Position numbers and translations under genes: made by a program | Part shown: positions 39,601 to 51,599 of the stretch, piece after piece | How positions within the stretch are numbered: position 1 is the stretch's first letter | Layout: every line of letters starts with the position of its first letter | Source: the human T2T-CHM13v2.0 reference genome, Homo sapiens | Direction: 5' to 3' (one strand) | DNA length: 64,000 nucleotides | Assembly (NCBI RefSeq): GCF_009914755.1 | Contig: NC_060928.1 | The notes under the pieces: generated by a model | The model's database searches: none | Told to the model about the DNA's origin: nothing | What the model saw: only the letters and a program-made list of their open reading frames with translations

Positions 39601-41085
39601 CTTATTTACCGTCTCTTATTCAGCATAGTACTGGAAGTCAAAGCCAGAGCAATTAGGCAAGAGAAAGAAATAAATGTCATCTAAATTAAAAAAGAGAAAG
39701 TCGAGTTGTTCCCCTTTGCAGAACATAAAACTTTATGTCTACAAAAAACCTAGACTCCACCAAAATCTCAGATCTGTTAAAAAAAAAATAAGTAAAATTG
39801 CAGGATACAAAATCAGCATAAAAGAATCACTAATGTTTCTGTACACCAATAATTAACTACATGGAAAAGAAATTAAGAATCCAAACTCATTTATAACAGC
39901 TACAAAAGAATAAAATACCTAGAAATAAATTTAACCAAGAAGATGAAAGGCCTCTACAAGGAAAACAACAAAATTCTGATAAAAAGAATTAGAGAACACA
40001 AGCAAAGACAAAAACATTCCATGCTCATGGATTGAAAAAAATTCACATGATCAAAGTACCACACTACCCAAAGCAATCTACAGAGTCAATGCAATCCCTA
40101 TCAAAATAATAATGGCAAATATTACAGAAATGGAAAAAAAAATCAAAAATTCATGTGAAACAGAAAGAGAGCCCAAATAGCCAAAGCAATTCTGAGTAAA
40201 AAGAAGACAGCTGGAGGCATTATACTACCTGACTTCAAAATACCTTCCAAGGCTATAATAATCAAAACACCATGACATTGATATAAAACGGACACACAGA
40301 CCAATAGAGCAGAATATGGAATTAAGAAATAAATCCACATATTTATAGCCTACTTAGTTTCAACAGTGGTGTCAAAAACATACATTGTGAATAGAATTCC
40401 TTCTTTAATAAATGGTGTTGTGAAAATTGGATATTCACATGCAGAAAATGAAACTAGACCCCTGTCTCTTGTACAAAAATTAACTCGAGATGTATTAAAG
40501 ACTTAACTCCTGGAATTATAAAACTAGAAGAAAATATAGAGGAAACACCTCAGAATATTGATAGAAGTGAAGATTTTATGGATAAGACCTCAACATCACA
40601 GGTAATGAAAGCAAAAATAGACAAATAGGAATATGTTAAATTAAAAAGTTCCTTCACAGCAAAGGAAATAGTCAATAAAGTGAAACAATAACCTGTTGAA
40701 TGGGAGAAAATAGTTGCCAACTATTCATCTGACAAGGGACTAATATTCAAAACATACTAGGAACTCAGATAGCTCAAGAGAAAAAAAAAGATCCCATTAA
40801 AAAACTGGGCAAAAGATGTGAGTAGACATTTTTTAAAAGAAGACATACAAATGGCCAACAGTTATATGAAAATATTATCACTGTCATTAATGATTAGAAC
40901 AATGCAAATCAAAACCACAATGAAATATTATTTTATTCCATTTATGATGACTGTCATTAAAAAGGCAAAAAGTAATAAACGCTACCGGGGATGAAGACTA
41001 AACGGAACTCTTATACTCTGTTTACGGTTATGTTAATTAGTACAGCCACTATGGAAAACAGTATGGAGATTTATAAAAAAAAAAT

Positions 41086-41442
41086 TGGTACAGAAATACC
41101 TCAGAGGTTTAACTGGCTCACAGTTCTGCAGGCTGTAGAGGAACTACAGAAGCATCTGATTCTGGGGAGGCCTCAGGAAGCGTCCAATCATGGCAGATGG
41201 CAAAGGGGGAGCAATTACATCATATGGTAAAAATGGGAGAACGTTAGAGAGAGAGTGGAGGGGGAGGTGGCACACAGTTTTGAATGACCAGATCTCATGA
41301 GAACTCACTGTTACAAAGACACACCAAGCCGTGAGGGATCCACCCCCATGATCAAAACACCTCCAGCCAGGCCCTAACTCCAGCATTGGGGATTACAATT
41401 CAACATGAGATTTGGGCAGGGACAAATAGCCAAACTATATCA
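41086..41442 (-). mobile_element. MSTA-like MaLR LTR, left (3') end deleted
   Basis: gaggtttaactggctcacagttctgcaggctg...ggggattacaattcaacatgagatttgggcagggacaaatagccaaactatatca. Lacks the terminal tgtattagtcc. Confidence 0.88.
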
Positions 41443-41880
41443 CTATGTTAATTAAAATAACTCAGGCACAGAAAGACAAATAGTACATGCTCTCACTCAC
41501 ATGTGAAAGGTATAAACATTAATCTCATGAAGGTAGGGAGTAGAATGATAGATACCCTGGATGGGAAGGGCATGTGTTGGGGTGTGGGGGGAAGTAAAGA
41601 GAGATTGGTTAATGTATACAAACATTCAGTTAGAAGAATTAATTTCTGATGTTGATAGCAGAGTAGGGTGTCTATAGTTAACAACAATTTATCGCATACT
41701 TCAAAATAACTTGAAGAAAGAACTTGAAATGTTTGCAACATAGAGAAATGGTGAATACTTGAAGTGATGGATATCCTAAATACCCCGACTTGATGATTAC
41801 ACTTTCTATCCATGTAACAAAATATTGCATGTACTTCATAAATAAGTACAAATATTGTGTACCATCAATAAAAAAATTTT

Positions 41881-42365
41881 AAACAGATTTGAAACACACT
41901 TCACCAAAGAAGACATATTTATGACAGATAAGTACAAAAAAAACCATTTAATATTATTATTAGGGAATTGTAAGATAAAAATCACAATCAGATACCACCA
42001 TACACCTATTAGAATAGCTAAAACTTAAAAAACTGATCTTATCTGGTGGCGATGGGGATGTGGAAGAACAAGCACTCTCATACGTAGCTAGTAGAAATAT
42101 TAGAAATATAAAACGTACCACCACATTAGAAAATAATTTATCAGTTTCTTAAAACGTTTAAGCATATCTGTACCATATGATCCAGACATTCCATTTTAAG
42201 CCCTTACCCAAGAAAAATGAAAGCATATTTTCATACAAAAATTTTACATAAACTTTCATAGGAAGTTTATTTATCATAGGCAAAATCTGAAACATATCTC
42301 ATTGCCTATCAAAAGGTAAATGAATATAGTGTGGTACATTCATAAAGTTGGTTAAAAAAAAGGAG
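41881..42365 (+). mobile_element. Continuation of the old host L1 (ORF2 C-terminus)
   Basis: cacttcaccaaagaagacata...gataccaccatacacctattagaatagctaaa...taccatatgatccagacattcc. Confidence 0.75.
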
Positions 42366-42630
42366 CACAAGTGATTTAGGATAAGTGATGTTTTCTTAAG
42401 AACTATTGGAAAATGGAAACTCAAGTAGATCAGGAAGATAGTTGAAAATCACCGAACAATACAAAAGATATATCAGCTCACAAATTTCAAGTCTACATTA
42501 CTGAGGTCTGATGTTACAATGTATAAGATGGTTCAATTAATCAATATTATTTATTTTTCTGTTTATTCATTCATTCATCCTTTCTTTTACCCAACCACTA
42601 ATTCTGTTCATTTTTTAAATAATTTATGCT

Positions 42631-43275
42631 TGTATAAGTCAGAGATCTCCAGAGAACAGGAGAAATAGGATATATTATATGCTATTACACATATTACTTC
42701 ATATATTATATTATATATACATTATATAGGTATGTATGTATATATATTATATAATATAATATATATATAAAGAGATTTATTATAAGAAATTAACTCACAT
42801 GATTATGGATGTTGACAAGTTGCAAGATTTGCAGGGTGACCTGGCAAGCTGCAGATCCAGGCAGGAAATGATTTAGTTCCAGTCCAAGTCTGAGTGAATG
42901 AAAACCAGAAAAGCCAACTGTAGTTGATGATATATTTCCAGTTCAAAGGTTGGCAGGCTCCAGACCCAGGAAAAGCTGATGTTTCAGTTAGTCTGAAAGG
43001 AAGGGAAAAAAATGATGTCTCAGTTCAAAGGATGTCAAGGAGGAAGAATTCTCTCTTACTCAAGGCAGGGTTAGCCTTTTTGTTTTGTTCTGTCCTTTAC
43101 CTGGTTGAAAGGCGCCTACATACCTCCATTAGGAAGAACAAATTGCTTTACTCAGTTTATTGACTTAAATGTTAACCTCATCCAAAACCACACTCACAGA
43201 CACAAACAGAATAATATTTGCCCAAATATCTAGGCACCCTGTGACCCAGTTAACTTGATAAAATTAGCAATCACA
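42631..43275 (-). mobile_element. MLT2B-like LTR (3' LTR of an ERVL provirus)
   Basis: tgtataagtcagagatctccagagaac, (TA)-rich stretch, gagatttattataagaaattaactcacatgattatgg...ttgctttactcagtttattgacttaaatgttaa...attagcaatcaca. Confidence 0.9.
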
Positions 43276-45712
43276 AACTCAGCCCTTGTCAACTATATGT
43301 CAATGGTGTATGATACTCATACACATGTCTCTAAGCCATACTCAATCTCCAAATGATAACAAGGTCTTAATTCTGACTAGCATGTACAGCTAGCCTGTGC
43401 ACAACTGAAAATGTGCTAACTCCTTTTCAAGAAGAGATGCAGTCCTTGAATGATGTTTTCTTTTCTTCTTGTTATGTTGTACCTTAAATACTATGATGTA
43501 AAAATTAACAATACTTAAACACTAATGATATATAGTTAATACATCATGCTCTACATGATAAAGTAATAAGAGAGGGAAGTAATCAAAAATATTATACAAA
43601 TGCACATACGTATACACATATATGTAATATGTTTACATCTGTGTGTGTGTATATATATATATGCATAAATATACTCATAACAAAATTAGGAGAAAACACT
43701 CACGGCAATTACTGGCTTCATTTCTGAAACTGGTAATGTGCTTATAACTGGTATTTATTACTACTTTCCTCCACTGTCCATTTTGTGTTCCCTTTCCTTT
43801 CAGCAAGCATTTTATCTGGTCACAGTCTCACACTTGATGAGGTGACCCAAACCTTCACTCTTGAAGGATCTGAGACATTAATAATCCTGCTTGAATTGAT
43901 TGTAATTTCTTGGACCTTAATCGTAGGTCATAGAGGCACTAGGATCCCCAAATGGCTGGGCAGCCGTCTTGACTTCCAATAATGGAATCATAGTTGTGTC
44001 TTCCAATGGAAGCATTTCTCCCTTTGGAACTAAGACCTCTAGGACGGCAGGGCACAAGGTCTTCAAACAGAAAGTTCAAATTTTGTTACTAAGTGATTAG
44101 AGGTAACCATAAATGGTGTCACTCCCATTTCCGCCACTTGATTCCTGGACCTGTGAATCTTAGCACCATATATTAGATGCTGATTTAGAGCATATGTAGC
44201 CTTCTGGAGAATTTTGCCTCAGCCCATCACGTATTTCCACCTAGCTGGTGCTGTAATTGAGTCTTCAAAGGCTATTCCACCATTCTATCAAGGAAGCTGC
44301 TTTAGAATGGTGGAAAACATGGTAAGAACAGTGAATTTCATGAGCATGGGACCATTGTCATACTTCTTTGGCTGTAAAGTGAGTTCATTAATGAGAAGGG
44401 ATGCTATATTGAATAACATAATGATAAATAAGCCATTCTATAAGTCCAGAGATGGTAGTTCTGATAAAAGCATTGTGTACAGGAAAGGCACATACATATT
44501 CAGTGCAAGTATCATTCCAGTAAAGACAAAACATTGTCCTTTCCATAACAGAAGTGGTCCAATGTCATCAACCTGCCACCAGGTAGTTGACTGATCACCC
44601 AGGGGAAGAGTGCCCTGTTGCGGGCTCAGTTTTGGTCTTTGCTACTGGGAGATTTGTCACTTAGCAGTGGCTGTAACCGTGTTGGCTTTGGTGAGTAGAA
44701 GTCGTTGTTGCTGAGACCATGTATAACCTCCAGTTCTGCCTCCTTGGCAGTTTTTATATGAGCCCATTGGGCAACTAGTCAGCTGGAGGAAGAGGCTGAC
44801 TAGTATTCACAAAGTAGGTCACCCTATATACTTGATTATTAAAATCCTCTTCTGCTGAGTCACCATTGTAAGCTTTCACATGAAACATACATATTTTCAT
44901 GACTTTTGCCCACTCAGGAATATCTATTCATAGAGGTCTTCCCCAAATTTTCTTGTGACCAATTTTCCAATAACATTCCTTGCAAGTCCCTGACTATCCG
45001 GCAAAATCATTGGCTAGAGCCCACGAATTGATATATAATTGCATGTTTGACTATTTCTGCACTGAAGCAAGGTGCACTCAGGTGCACTGCCTGAAGTTCT
45101 GTCTACAAGGAAGGATTTCTTTTCACTACTGTCCTTCAGGGATGTTCCAGAAAGGGGCTGTAGTGTTGCAGCTATCCCCTTTTTATTGGTGCCAGTATAT
45201 CATGCAGAACATCTGTAAACCAGGTCTCAGTCTTATTTTTCTCAGTGAACTGATCAAAGAACTTCCCATGTAGCTGTAGGTATGGTCTGAAGAGAGAAGG
45301 CAGTGCAGCAGAAGTGGGGACCATGGGCATTTGGGCCATTTCTTCACATAGCTTACTTGTGCTCTTCAGGGCTTGCTCTGGCCTGATTATATACATACCT
45401 CTTCCATTTGATAATGGAATATTGTTATGCATAGCCAGCTTTATGGCTTAGAGAGTCAGATAATAACTATAAGATTGGTTTTGGCCAAAACCACAATTAC
45501 TTTTGCATCAACCTAATAGTGAATGGAGGCTCAGGTCTCATGGTAGCCTAGTGGCCCATGCTTAGATGTTCAATCTCTACTAACGCCTGGTAGCAGGCAA
45601 AGAGGCTTTCCTCAAAAAGAGAATATTCACAGAGGATGGCAGGGTTTTGCTCCAAAATCCTAAGGGCTTACACTGCAACTCACTTATAGGAGACTCCCAG
45701 AGGTTCTTTGAA
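43276..45712 (-). mobile_element. ERVL internal sequence (RT end/RNase H, integrase, dUTPase, PPT), truncated
   Basis: PPT-like cccttgtcaac abuts the LTR. Minus-strand remnants: LEVLVPKGEMLP (dUTPase), HAHEIHCSYHVFHHSKAASLIEWWN (integrase), TWFTD (RNase H; ORF 45172..45432), PLGFWSKTLPS (RT connection). All disrupted. Confidence 0.88.
45470..45516. mobile_element. Internally deleted MADE1 (Hsmar1 MITE) inside ERVL
   Basis: TA|taagattggt...ttggccaaaaccacaattacttttgcatcaacctaa|TA. Confidence 0.8.
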
Positions 45713-45923
45713 TTCTTCTAACATTTGAGAATTAATACAATAATACAAAATATAGAAAGAAGAAAGCAAAAAATAACCCAAACACTAGTCATTGTTTCTG
45801 TATCTCTTCCAGCATTTAATTATGCATATTTTGAATTCATTACATTGCTAAATCATAGTGACAATGACTTAATGTGTATTGCTTTTAATTTGTTTTAAAT
45901 TATTTATGTTTAAAGTTTTAATA

Positions 45924-46212
45924 TTTTGTTTTGAGACAGGGTCTTGTTCTGTCGCCCAGGCTGGAGTTTAGTGGCATGGTCATGGGTCACAGCAGCCTTG
46001 AAATCCAGGGCTGAATCTATCCTCCCACCTAAGTCTCCTCAGTAGCTGGAAATACAGGTGCACACCACCATGTCCAGCTAATTTTTGTATTTTTGTAGAG
46101 ACAGGGTTCATCGTGTTGCCCAGGCTGGTCTTGATTTCCTGAGGTCAAGTGATCTACCCACCTTGGCCTCCGAAAGTGCTGGGACTACAGGCATAAGCCA
46201 CCATGTTCAGCC
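45924..46212 (-). mobile_element. AluJ-like SINE
   Basis: gagacagggtcttg, cagcagccttg, tcctcccacct, gttgcccaggctggtcttg. TSD AAGTTTTAATA at 45913-45923 and 46213-46223. Confidence 0.92.
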
Positions 46213-48934
46213 AAGTTTTAATAAATATTTTAATGGTAGCATAGTTTTGCTTTTAAAAATCAACTTAATATACTTACATTCATTTTTGCCATCTATGTGT
46301 TGTTGCTTTTTATTTTTTTAATTGCATAATTATTAAAAAATTCAAAAATGATGTCACAATATCAGCAACATTTTACCTAAAAATTCATATTACCTTGTTA
46401 TATGAGTTATGTAAAAATAAAAAAAAAAACAAAGAAAACAAACTAAAAGTCCTGAATTTCAATGATCAGGGGTAAATCATGACCTCTCCAGAATTTCATA
46501 GGCCTAACATTTCCTTATTGAGTTACACTTAGTTATAAGTTATGACTTTATTATGACACACTCCCAGTTCCTGACCTGATTTCTTTGGCTTTTGAGATGC
46601 TTGAAAGACAAGTGAGGGAATAAATAAATAAATAAATACAGCTCAACCAAAAAAAAAAAAAAAATTAAAACAACCCCTAATGAGGAGAGTACCTGAAAGA
46701 TATGAGAGTGATTCATTGGTGAAAAGAATGTTGAATTGTGCGTTAGGTGCTTCTTTTAATTGCAAGAAGTTATTCAAGGGAGGCTTTTGTTGCAGATTGA
46801 TTTCCATGTACACCAAGAAGAGAAAAAATATTGGATAAGCTTAAAAATAAAATAGAGTTAGGTTAGAAGCAAAAATGTGTGATGTGACAGTACCAAAACC
46901 TGTTGCTGAGAATCTCCTAGGGACCAAGAATGGAAATTCTTAAGGATGGCAGTTTAGAATTTTCTTTTGAAAAAGAAATAATTAAGTGTTTTGTAACTAA
47001 AGATCACGGTTGTAAACTTCTTAATACTGAGAATTTTCAAAGGCAAATTGGGGCATTTTTTAGAAGGGTAAAATGTACACACTTTCAAAATATTTCTCCA
47101 ATGCTAGAATAGAGTTGTACATATCCTTATAACATGTAAGCTGTGCAGCAAGTAAGCGTCAAACTATAAAAGATTAGATTAATGTGCTAAACAGCTGTCT
47201 TTAAATTTTAAATAGCCAGGGGAATATAATTTTGTGATTAATTGAAAACATATTTAAAAAGAATAAAATCTAACTTATGGAACTTCAAAATATCCTTTCA
47301 AATTCCCATTTCCTATTTGACTCCTGCAGATTACTTCCATACAGTGCTCCCACTGACTAGAACAGAGATCCTTAGTCAAAAGAGAAATACTAGTGATGAA
47401 CAGACAACTACTGGGCCTATTTGTGTACTCTGAAGGGAAGTATGGTCACTTACCTTAACTTACATATATGTATAAATATTTATTCATATCTAAGTCAATA
47501 TGCACCAAATCTTAGATACAGGATTTGTATATGTTTCCCCATTACTACACCGTTAGAGAAGGAAAATCACAATTAAACCAATGTGATCACATAAAGGAGT
47601 CAAAGTACAAGAAATAATATATAGGTCAAACACTAAGATTTCAAAAAGGTTTTACACTTAATTTATCAATCACAGCTTCTCAGAGGCATAGAAGCCATCA
47701 GTCTAATGGAATGCAACACACCTTCCCCACTTAGTTTATTATACAGCAATTTAGGGGCCAATTACATTGTTGAGTGTTTCAGTCCTCTGCTTCATCACAA
47801 GACCTACCCTGGGTCAAGAATATACTTTTTAAACTAATTATCCTCTTTAATTCCTAACTAACATATTCTAAGTATTGTATTTTACTTTCCCATAAACAAG
47901 TAACTGGTGAGTACATTGAAACACGTTGTGCTGTAGATTTTTCTGGGGGTATTAGCTGTTTGGCAGCTTCCTCTGAATCATCACAATAAAGGTCATCTTT
48001 CATCTCATCTAGGGTGACCCTATGTTAATCAATGTGTCTTCCACTTCCATATGTATTCATTTCAAGAATTTCGAAGGTTTAGTCTAACATCCCTTTTTAA
48101 GCTTCATTCAGACATTATGCTAGAGACCAGAGGTAACATGCATAGTGATATGTTAATTGTTTATTGTCAAAATTACATCGGCATAAAAATATTAGCTGAG
48201 TGGAAAATCTTATAATTTTAACATGCTGCATATTCTATGCTAATAATCCTTTAAATCAAAAACTTATTTTTGAATTTTTAATAAAGCTAAAATAAATTGA
48301 TACATTATTTGATGTGATGTTATTTAGCTTTCTTTCTTTTTTTTAAAACTTGCATTTCAATCAGTTGCTTAAAAGGTCATGTTTAATGTCACATTAGCAC
48401 TTTTGCAGAAAGATTTATTTTTGCTTAGGCTTAGTATAAAAGGATAAAAACTTTCTGGGTGTTCGTTCCAAACAGTACTTTCCAAAAGTTCCAGCCACAG
48501 TTTCAGCATGACTCCATTAAGGTGTCCATCTCCAGCCAAGGACACCTAACCACTATAAAACTTTATAACAAAAAGTACAAAGTAATATTTCTTCATTGTG
48601 TCTTTCTCTTTTGGCTTTTTAAAATTTCTTACACAGGTAGGTAAACATTAGATATCAATGTAGATACAGGTGTCATATCTATATAGTAATTCTAAGCAGA
48701 AAATGTTACTCAGATAATGTTCTCTTAAACTAGATTAGTATTAGAAAATTATATGAATCAATGTGTCTTTCATTTTTTTTTTGAACATCAAAGTAACTCT
48801 CATTCCTTGCCTCATTTTTTTTCTCCCACTGGTGAATAGCTTCTCCAAGGATAATTAAAAAAAAACAAAAAAAAACAAAACAAAAAATCCCATAATTTTC
48901 TGATGGCCTTACTGAACCTCACTGAAATTGAGTA

Positions 48935-49024
48935 TATGATTGGTGCAAAAGTAATTGAGGTTTTTGCCGTTACTGTTTATATTAGGTTGGTGCAAAAGTG
49001 ATTGCAGTTTTGCCATTACTTTCA
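48935..49024 (+). mobile_element. Two head-to-tail MADE1/Hsmar1 half-elements
   Basis: tatgattggtgcaaaagtaattgaggtttttgccgttact (48935-48974) and ttaggttggtgcaaaagtgattgcagttttgccattactttca (48982-49024), each preceded by TA. Confidence 0.85.
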
Positions 49025-51233
49025 TATCTCTTCTGTGCTGTGCAACTGAAATCATTCATGACTTTAGTGAATCAGTCAAGCAAATGGCATGACAATAGTC
49101 CCTGCTATTTTTTACATCCTGGCATCATTTCTTTATCATTTACAGTACTCCAGTTTGGTGCTGGTATGCTGCTTACCACGTACTAAGTAATCTATGTAAT
49201 TTAAACCCTGAAAAATAACAAACTGGCATTTGAGAATCTGTACTTCTCATATCCTGGGCCATTATCATTACTTAAGGATATATGAGGCTTAAGGAACATT
49301 TGATCCTGGTTTCGGAGAGAAAAAAGTTTCCTGTTCATTTATAATAATTATCAGGATAAATAATCTCTCTTCCTGATTCATGTTAAACCTGGAAACACGT
49401 AGATCTCAAAGACACTGATATACTTGTTGATTCCTCAGGAAGTCTTAGCTTTATGTTTAAATAAATACAATGGGAGACATAAAGAAGAGAAAAAGTTTCA
49501 TTTCTTCATTCAGTGATGAGGTTCTGGATGATCCTAGATAAATCATAAGAGCCAAAAACATCCCTTTATTTCTTAGACCAAAAACTTTTTACATTTATCC
49601 CAACAATGCAAGGATGAGAAAACCTCCATTTCTCACAATTAAAGTATAATTCGAACATTTTTTATTTTTTTCTTATATTTTTTACTAGTTTTTCAAGTTC
49701 GACACCTGCTATGTCTAGTTTGGTCTTATAGAGTATATTTGTCTATACTTATTTTATGAACTGATAATATACTGTTTACAAGTTATTTGGCACCAAATAG
49801 TAAACCACATGATATTCATATTTAATATTTTCACGTGAATATATTAAATATAAGGAACAGATTTTTACTTATCTTTTATATCCTCTATAATACATAGAAG
49901 AATGCTATATGTCTTGACAGGAAAAGAAAATTGCTGAATTTCTAAGTTGATGACTGTCACTACATTTTTCATATATTAAGAGCATATTAATGAGGGCTAA
50001 CACATGCTGCTTTATAGTAAAAATGATGGAACCGTTAAACTAAATTGTACTTTAATTTGTCATTTAATATAGGCAGAGAAAACTGTGATGAGATGGAAGG
50101 AATTGCTGAACCTCATATACATCCTTCATCATTCAAAATATATTAATTTCTGTCATTTTAAAGGTAAAAAATCAATTTTAAAAACAGTAAGAATTTAGAG
50201 ACATAAAGCTATATTTTCTAAGTATTTTAGACAGGTACAATTGATTCTACAATGTGAAATACAGGTTAATAGCATTCAAAAATCATATACTGCCATCCAT
50301 CTCTTTCATCCTGATGCTGGGGAAAATATGATTACTTAGCATTCTTTTCTTAAACCAAAGTTTCATCCCAGTCCTTTCACAGCTTCCACTCCCACATTTT
50401 TATCTTGATCCATAGATTCCACCTCACTGCTTTTGCATTTGGAAAGCTCACCTTAGATTTTTTTTTGTCTTTTCACTTCAATGATATCATAGATGGATAT
50501 AATAATCATGAACCATGCTTAATTTTTCTTATGTTTGAATTTTGCCATGATAAATTCTGAGGCTAATTTTGTCAATTATAATTGTGATTTTTTTTCTATT
50601 TATATGCCTAAAAAACTTGTAGTGATATTTGAAATTTATTTTCTAAGCAGGATATGTCTGGGTCTCTATCATCACATTTCAGAATTTCTTATCATGATGT
50701 GTCCATTAAACTTGACCTTCCTCATTCATGTTCATCTGAAGCACTATCTTCAAACTTCTTTCTTCCTATGTATTTCTCTATATATACTTATCTATCTCAG
50801 TTTTCTAGCTTTCATCGCATCATTTTATTTTGGTCTCTGAAAATCTATCATTTATTCTCTTCAGAAGTGATTTGCAAATTACTTCTAAAATCCTCTTGGT
50901 TTTTTGTTGTGGTGGTGTTTTTTTGTTGTTTGTTTTTTAAACTCAAACCTGTCTGTTTACTTAGGATAGTATGCCTTGGAGCTCTCTTAAGTGATAGAAT
51001 TTTTCTAACATTCTGGACTTTTCATGGCTTGGAAGAGAGCTAGGTGTCCTACTTGTTCCACATTGTCATTTCCGATTTTTTCTCTCCTCCTTCCTTCAAC
51101 AACCCCACATCCTTGAAGTTTGTGTCATCAGGCTTACACCACTGACTTTACCACTTTATTACTACCTGGTATAACATTCCAGATTATCCCTCTTTTTTTA
51201 TTTTTTGAACACTTCAGCTTCACTGTGTCACTC

Positions 51234-51599
51234 CGTATTAGTCCATTTTCACACTGCTATAAACAAATGCCTGAGACTAGGTAATTTATAAAGAGAAGAG
51301 GTTTAACTGACTCACAGTTCTGCATGGCTGGGGAGGCCTCAGAAAACTTACAATCGTGGTGGAAAGCAAAGGGGAAGCAAGCTTGGACTTTCTCACATAG
51401 TGGCAGGAGAGTACGTGCGAGAAGGAGGGAGTGCCACACTTTAAAACTATCAGCTCTCTTGAGAACTCACTATCACAAGAACAGTATGGGGGAAACCACC
51501 CCATGATACAATCACCTTTCACCTGGTTCTTCCCCATCAACACGTGGGATTATGATTCAAGATGAGATTTAGGTGAGGACACAAAGCCTAACCATATCA
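51234..51599 (-). mobile_element. THE1D-like MaLR solo LTR
   Basis: cgtattagtccattttcacactgctataaac...ggctggggaggcctcagaaaacttacaatc...gattcaagatgagatttaggtgaggacacaaagcctaaccatatca. TSD CACTC/AACTC. Confidence 0.92.

Larger units (their letters stand above)
35490..41880 (+). mobile_element. Near full-length L1MA4/5-like LINE nested in an older L1
   Basis: GC-rich 5' UTR (35490-~36500). ORF1 (gaaaacttcccaagtctt; cccatcagactaatagcagatttctcagcagaaacc). ORF2 ([18 protein letters not shown] in ORF 39124..39360). L1MA 3' UTR ending catcaataaaaaaa. Degenerate TSD catttgaacaaacact / gatttgaaacacact splits the host's aaatgggcaaaagatttgaacagacacttcacc. Confidence 0.88.

Noticed and set aside
44214-44594. 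126-aa plus-strand ORF
   Set aside because: Antisense frame of the decayed ERVL integrase; no independent coding signal.
46600-46680. (TAAA)n followed by an A-run, resembling a retrocopy tail
   Set aside because: No identifiable upstream body or TSD; treated as low-complexity sequence.
50535-51043. Overlapping 101- and 129-aa hydrophobic ORFs (also 8818-9135)
   Set aside because: F/L/I-rich products of T-rich DNA. 50330-50900 may be a very old antisense L1/HAL1 relic, but the match is too weak to call.
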